From contig JAQZBR010000002.1 in the NCBI GenBank assembly GCA_029237775.1, forward strand, positions 713,489-777,488: 64,000 bases of DNA, in the 5' to 3' direction. A program made the translations under genes and the position numbers. Under the pieces are notes generated by a model. It made no database searches and had not been told where the DNA came from. It saw only the letters and a program-made list of their open reading frames with translations. Shown one piece after another: positions 59,881-64,000 of this stretch. Positions within the stretch are counted from its first letter, which is position 1. Each line of letters starts with the position of its first letter. Origin of the DNA: Bacteroidota bacterium. GTDB taxonomy: Bacteria; Bacteroidota; Bacteroidia; 2-12-FULL-35-15.

Positions 59881-61956
59881 CTAATACGCACCGTTTCGTT
59901 TACGCATAAACCACTCCGCACTAATGAGAGCCAGGATCACAAAAAAGATCCATTGAAGGTTTATCATGTCACGAAGCTTTTTTTCTGAATAGGACACCGA
60001 TTTAATATCTTCTCGTGCGTTTAGTTTATCAGAAAGCTTAGTCATATCTGCCGGATATACCATTTCTCCATCGTGCTTCTGAGCAAGAGCGTATAGCATC
60101 TGATGATCGGCTGTTGTATTGGTGAATTCCACTTGCAGGGCGCTCACACTGAACTCACCGTGCTGCTCATAGATTTTCTCCCCCACTTTAACTTTTGCAT
60201 CGTATTTATATTCCCCCACCGGCAGCATCCCGGCATTTAACCTATATGCGTTGCTTGTTTTACCAAATGTGAACTGAAATTTTTTATCTGCTGCATTTTT
60301 TATGACCACACTTACTTCAGGTTCGTTGATCAGCTCATAGCTCTGATTGTAAACCTCTGCCTCCATTTCAATGGCTTCATTTTCCATAAAGTTATTTTTC
60401 CCGATCACGCGAAAAAAACTTTTATCCACTTTTACAGAAAGGTACTGAACGGTTTTAGAGATCAACTCATTAAACAGATCATGGTTCCCATTGGCAGCAA
60501 AATCCTGCAATCTCCACTTCCATATTCCCTCACCTGTAAACACTGCCACCTTGCTGTCTCCGGTATTATTAAAAAGCATCAGAGGAGTTTTAGTATCCAC
60601 TATCCCGATACGCTGGTATAGCAGCACATTGCTGCTGTTATCGGTCTGGTAGGATCCGAACGGACAAGTCACCGCAGGAAAGTCTTTCATCGCTTTTCTG
60701 AGTTCATCGCTTATCGTAAACAACGGAAAATTCTCATCGATGACAGGCTCGCACTCATTGGTCTTTGGAGATACCGATCCCAATGTAAGATCACGCTTTA
60801 ACAAAGCTTTCGCTCCGGAAAAAGACCAGACAGGAACATCGGAGCTGTTTAATTCTGACAATACTTTTGCTGCTGTTGTACGCGGACTCGGCAGCTGATG
60901 AAGAATAACTAGATTATATTTTTTTACAGACTTATCGAATTGATCGATCGAATAGCTTTCCACTTCATAGTTCTGATTTTCCTGCAAAGCATCTTTGATG
61001 GCTGCAACATCAGGGTGTGGTGCATCTGCCAGGATAAGGATCCTTTGACGCGCATCGAGGACATCAACAAAAATATCCTGAACATTATTCAGCTTGCTCA
61101 CTTCATCATCAAGAGCACTTACTCTCACTTTGTAATGCTGCAAGCCAACTTCCTTAGCTTCTAAAAGAGCAGGTACCGTTAACGTAAACGTTTCTGAATT
61201 GATATTGATAATCTGGGAAAACAAATTTGCATTTCCCTTTGATATAGAGAGTGTGCTTGTCTTCCCCTTCAATTGTTTCGCATTCACCAGGATCTCAAGA
61301 GGAAACTGATTACCAAGGTAAGCGATCCTGTTGTGATCAACACGAGAAAGAATAAGGTCTTTCTTGATAGTTGTATCACCAAGTGCAATCGTATAAAGCG
61401 GGATTTTAAGATCAGCGGCACTGTAAACCGGATTCGCACCTTTGTTGTAAAGTCCATCGGTGGCGACTATCACTGCACCTACATTCCTGTTTCCATAACG
61501 AGTGTCTATTTCGTCAAATAGCAAAGAAATGTCTGTTTGTTTATCATTAAAGGACAAGGAAGCTGGATCATTCAGCCCTTTGACCTTGTCGGCAAAACTG
61601 TATGAAACAACATTATACTTTCCTTTCAGATCATCGATCAGCTTACTCAATCGTTGTTTGTATTCCAACTTGTAAAACGCAGAATCCTTGTTAATGATCA
61701 GGGATTGAGAATTATCCTGTGCAATAATTATGATGGGTTTTTCGACTTGTCTGTTGACTGTTTTTAATAATGGGGAGAGCAATAAAAAAGAAAGGATCGT
61801 TACTGCCAAAAATCGCAAAGCGGCCATTCCGCGGACAAGCCAAACTGAAGAGTCATTGAATTTAGAATCCTTCCGGTATAAAAGGAACGCATAAACAAAC
61901 CCTGCCAGTAAACAGAATAAAGAGAAATACCAGGGATATTCAAAAACTAGGTTCAT
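59881..61956 (-). CDS. BatA-like N-terminal double-TM / vWA-like domain membrane protein
   Basis: N-terminal two-TM anchor ('YPWYFSLFCLLAGFVYAFLLY...LRFLAVTILSFLLL'). MIDAS-like 'DNSQS...ATDG'. C-terminal TM. 691 aa. Confidence 0.4.
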   Translation of the reverse strand: MNLVFEYPWYFSLFCLLAGFVYAFLLYRKDSKFNDSSVWLVRGMAALRFLAVTILSFLLLSPLLKTVNRQVEKPIIIIAQDNSQSLIINKDSAFYKLEYKQRLSKLIDDLKGKYNVVSYSFADKVKGLNDPASLSFNDKQTDISLLFDEIDTRYGNRNVGAVIVATDGLYNKGANPVYSAADLKIPLYTIALGDTTIKKDLILSRVDHNRIAYLGNQFPLEILVNAKQLKGKTSTLSISKGNANLFSQIININSETFTLTVPALLEAKEVGLQHYKVRVSALDDEVSKLNNVQDIFVDVLDARQRILILADAPHPDVAAIKDALQENQNYEVESYSIDQFDKSVKKYNLVILHQLPSPRTTAAKVLSELNSSDVPVWSFSGAKALLKRDLTLGSVSPKTNECEPVIDENFPLFTISDELRKAMKDFPAVTCPFGSYQTDNSSNVLLYQRIGIVDTKTPLMLFNNTGDSKVAVFTGEGIWKWRLQDFAANGNHDLFNELISKTVQYLSVKVDKSFFRVIGKNNFMENEAIEMEAEVYNQSYELINEPEVSVVIKNAADKKFQFTFGKTSNAYRLNAGMLPVGEYKYDAKVKVGEKIYEQHGEFSVSALQVEFTNTTADHQMLYALAQKHDGEMVYPADMTKLSDKLNAREDIKSVSYSEKKLRDMINLQWIFFVILALISAEWFMRKRNGAY

Positions 61957-62028
61957 ACTTTTTTACCGCAAAGGCACTAAGGCGCAAAGAAAATTTACTG
62001 TCTACAACAGATATCTAAACCGGGTTAC

Positions 62029-62069
62029 AAATACAGATTCGTAAATTTGGTTTGATTCGTATCTGTACT
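62029..62069 (-). repeat. intergenic hairpin repeat, copy C (minus orientation)
   Basis: The reverse complement reads AGTACAGATACGAATCaaaccaAATTTACGAATCTGTATTT. It starts 1 nt after the fabG stop codon; 33/39 positions are identical to copy A. Confidence 0.7.
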
Positions 62070-62814
62070 AAGTAAGCATTCCACCGCAAACATTCATTAC
62101 CTGTCCTGTAATATATGCGCTCATATCTGAAGCGAGGAATATTGTTGCATTTGCGATGTCATCCACAGAGCCACCACGTTTCAAAGGAATTGTATCTCTC
62201 CAGCCCTGAACAACCTTAGGATCAAGAACATCGGTCATTTCAGTTTCAATGAATCCCGGGGCAATTGCATTACTGCGGATATTACGGGAACCGAGCTCCA
62301 AAGCCACAGATTTGGTAAACCCTATGATCCCGGCTTTTGATGCCGCATAATTGGATTGTCCGGCATTTCCTTTCACACCGACAACTGAGCTCATATTAAT
62401 GATCGAGCCTTTACGCTGCTTCAGCATTGGCTTCTGAACAGCCTTTGTCAGGTTGAATACCGATTTTAAATTGGCGTTCATCACTTCATCCCACTGCTGT
62501 TCTGACATTCTCATTAACAAAGTATCACGGGTGATCCCTGCATTATTAACCAATATATCTACAGTACCGAAATCAGTAACTACATTATTTACAAGCTCTT
62601 CGGCAGCTTTAAAATCAGCTGCATCAGAACGATATCCTTTTGCTTTTATTCCGAAAGCCTCAAGCTCTTTAGCAAGGGCTTCACCCTTTTCAACGGATGA
62701 CAAATAAGTGAATGCAACGTTGGCACCCTGTTCTGCGAAACGTAAAGCGATACCGCGGCCGATTCCCCGGGAAGCACCTGTTATAAGAGCTACTTTTCCT
62801 TCAAGTAATTTCAT
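62068..62814 (-). CDS. fabG: 3-oxoacyl-[acyl-carrier-protein] reductase
   Basis: SDR 'ITGASRGIG' and 'NAG' motifs, a YxxxK catalytic tetrad and full-length FabG similarity. Confidence 0.85.
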   Translation of the reverse strand: MKLLEGKVALITGASRGIGRGIALRFAEQGANVAFTYLSSVEKGEALAKELEAFGIKAKGYRSDAADFKAAEELVNNVVTDFGTVDILVNNAGITRDTLLMRMSEQQWDEVMNANLKSVFNLTKAVQKPMLKQRKGSIINMSSVVGVKGNAGQSNYAASKAGIIGFTKSVALELGSRNIRSNAIAPGFIETEMTDVLDPKVVQGWRDTIPLKRGGSVDDIANATIFLASDMSAYITGQVMNVCGGMLT

Positions 62815-63083
62815 AATATTGATATTAGATTTCTTTATGTAAACGGCATGAGCCTGTGCTTCAAAGATAATTAAAATCAGTTGTCAAAAGAGAAATCAGG
62901 ACGATTTCGTTGAGGTTGTTTTATTTCTATAAACATAGAATTCTGACGATATAGTTCAGTAATTCATCTAATTCACTTAAAATTAAGATCTTTAGAATCA
63001 GAGCCTTAAAAAAACATGAGTAAAATGCCAGAAACCTATATTGCTGGCTGCAGTATAAAGGTTCGAACCATTTAATCAAACTC

Positions 63084-63824
63084 ATGAACAAAAAAATATT
63101 ACTAGCAGGAACACTTTCACTTTTTTCGGTTTTAGCGCTTGCACAAGATGCACCAAAGGCGTCTAAAGAAAACACTTTTGAAATCCAGGCTAAAGGCCTT
63201 GGTAACTCCACATGGCTTTTTAACAAGAACATTTCTGATATCGGGGATGAACAAAATTATGCAAACAGTATTGGTGTTGCTTACGGACTGGGCTTCAACG
63301 CATACTTTGGAAAAGTGGGTGTTGGGATCGAAGGACTGATGGGAAACCATTTGGGAAGCTATGTTGGAAAACTTGAATTCAAGGATTCAACCGGCACAGT
63401 GTACAAAACCACTGATTATAAGTCTTCCATCAACTTGCAAACGATTCAGATTCCTTTGATGTTCAAATTAAAATCGGACATTCTCTATTTTGAATTAGGC
63501 CCTCAGTACAATATTATTTCTTCAGCGACCTACAAATACAGCGGGGACGGATTTAGCATGGATACTGTAGTGACAAGTGATTATGCATCTTCCTTTATTT
63601 CTGCCGTGATGGGATTTGGCGCGAAGATCAAATTTGGTGAGAGCCCTTTATCCATGAATGTTGGCTTACGTCTGCAATATGGTTTAACGGACCTTAAAGG
63701 TGTGGATGCTTTAGGAAATGACTTAGGCGATGCTTTGGTGTACAAGGATAAGAGTAGCACGAATGCTGCAACGGGGGGAATTGTGCTTTCGCTAAATTAC
63801 CAGATCGGGAAAAAGAAAAAGTAA
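63084..63824 (+). CDS. outer-membrane beta-barrel protein (porin family)
   Basis: Signal peptide 'MNKKILLAGTLSLFSVLALAQ', amphipathic beta-strands and a C-terminal aromatic-rich strand. Confidence 0.5.
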   Translation: MNKKILLAGTLSLFSVLALAQDAPKASKENTFEIQAKGLGNSTWLFNKNISDIGDEQNYANSIGVAYGLGFNAYFGKVGVGIEGLMGNHLGSYVGKLEFKDSTGTVYKTTDYKSSINLQTIQIPLMFKLKSDILYFELGPQYNIISSATYKYSGDGFSMDTVVTSDYASSFISAVMGFGAKIKFGESPLSMNVGLRLQYGLTDLKGVDALGNDLGDALVYKDKSSTNAATGGIVLSLNYQIGKKKK

Positions 63825-63861
63825 AGGAGATTAAAGCTACGCTTGAGATATTTTAATAAGA

Positions 63862-63893
63862 AATGCCCTTCAAGTCGAAGGGCATTTTTTATT
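63862..63893 (+). terminator. rho-independent terminator after the porin-like gene
   Basis: ATGCCCTT-caagtcg-AAGGGCAT followed by TTTTTT. A second hairpin, TTCTTTTCTTT/AAAGAAAAGAA, lies at 63904..63934. Confidence 0.7.
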
Positions 63894-64000
63894 ATTATAA
63901 TAGTTTCTTTTCTTTTCTCTTGAAAGAAAAGAAACAAAAGTTCAAGTCAGAACGATTCCTTCCCGCTCTGCCATTTTCAGGAAAACCTAAAAGCAAAAAA

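Noticed and set aside
63040-63083. A 'GGTTCGAACC' T-loop-like string upstream of the porin gene, considered as a tRNA fragment.
   Set aside because: There is no acceptor stem with a CCA context, no D-loop or anticodon arm, and the surrounding sequence does not fold into a cloverleaf.
62927-63232. A 101-aa ORF on the minus strand in the fabG-porin divergent region.
   Set aside because: It overlaps the porin gene start and its signal-peptide region, has no recognisable features, and is probably a spurious reading frame in an AT-rich promoter region.
1-64000. Mobile elements, integrases, transposases, phage genes, restriction-modification, toxin-antitoxin or defence-island signatures.
   Set aside because: No ORF shows DDE/HUH transposase, tyrosine or serine recombinase, helicase/nuclease or ATPase defence motifs. 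Apart from the three hairpin-repeat copies and the microsatellite, no direct or inverted repeats bound any segment.

Overview
This 64 kb window looks like a chromosomal segment from a Bacteroidetes genome, probably Sphingobacteriia/Chitinophagia or Flavobacteriia. Three things point that way: two proteins carry T9SS/Por C-terminal sorting domains, several genes have a 'TAnnTTTG' -7 promoter box 7-16 nt upstream of the ATG, and most terminators lack long U-tracts. I found no rRNA, tRNA, CRISPR array, transposase or integrase.

Gene content in order:
- 1-6.6 kb: truncated FAD-dependent oxidoreductase, Dph6-like ATP pyrophosphatase, pseudouridine synthase, DoxX, a four-gene cassette of two lipoproteins and two beta-barrel outer-membrane proteins, and pcm.
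- 6.6-10 kb: Gfo/Idh/MocA oxidoreductase, a lipoprotein, and a large WcaJ-type polyprenyl-phosphate sugar transferase.
- 10-14.7 kb: hbd, a T9SS beta-propeller repeat protein, and accC.
- 14.8-20.2 kb: an 800-aa lysine-rich secreted protein, a nucleoid-associated NdpA/YejK-like protein, and a ClC channel with CBS domains.
- 20.2-32.1 kb: a 12-gene glycan (O-antigen/capsule-like) locus, all on the minus strand. It has a small PglC-like initiating transferase, a DegT aminotransferase, an O-antigen ligase/Wzy-type protein, GT2, a DCC-family thiol-disulfide oxidoreductase, GT4, a HisF-like/HisH-like/N-acetyl-sugar amidotransferase trio (the WbpG/WbuX-type acetamidino module), a second GT4, Wzx and a second polytopic membrane protein.
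- 32.2-37.8 kb: rny, zapA plus a coiled-coil partner, an M23 peptidase, an alpha/beta hydrolase and a YhhQ-type queuosine-precursor transporter.
- 37.8-42.1 kb: bioA-bioD-bioF-bioB.
- 42.3-50.6 kb: a serine hydrolase, trmD-rplS, prfC, a second T9SS cargo protein, and a DUF4369-TlpA redoxin.
- 50.7-54.7 kb: a thiol-redox/copper cluster with GNAT, TlpA-like, SCO1 and thioredoxin-fold proteins.
- 54.8-64 kb: a J-domain protein, ilvE, and a three-gene operon (fused methyltransferase-GT2 + GT-C membrane glycosyltransferase with a C-terminal beta-trefoil + vWA-like double-TM protein), then fabG and a porin-like outer-membrane protein.

Most worth a second look:
- the candidate periplasmic glycosylation operon at 56.6-62.0 kb;
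- a recurrent ~40-nt hairpin repeat, beginning 'GTACAGATACGAATC', placed directly after stop codons at three sites;
- the acetamidino-sugar module with an embedded DCC oxidoreductase;
- a (GGATTAA)x8 heptanucleotide microsatellite;
- a perfect inverted repeat upstream of bioB;
- an internal hairpin inside the bio operon.

All calls rest on motif recognition by eye. No database searches were run.
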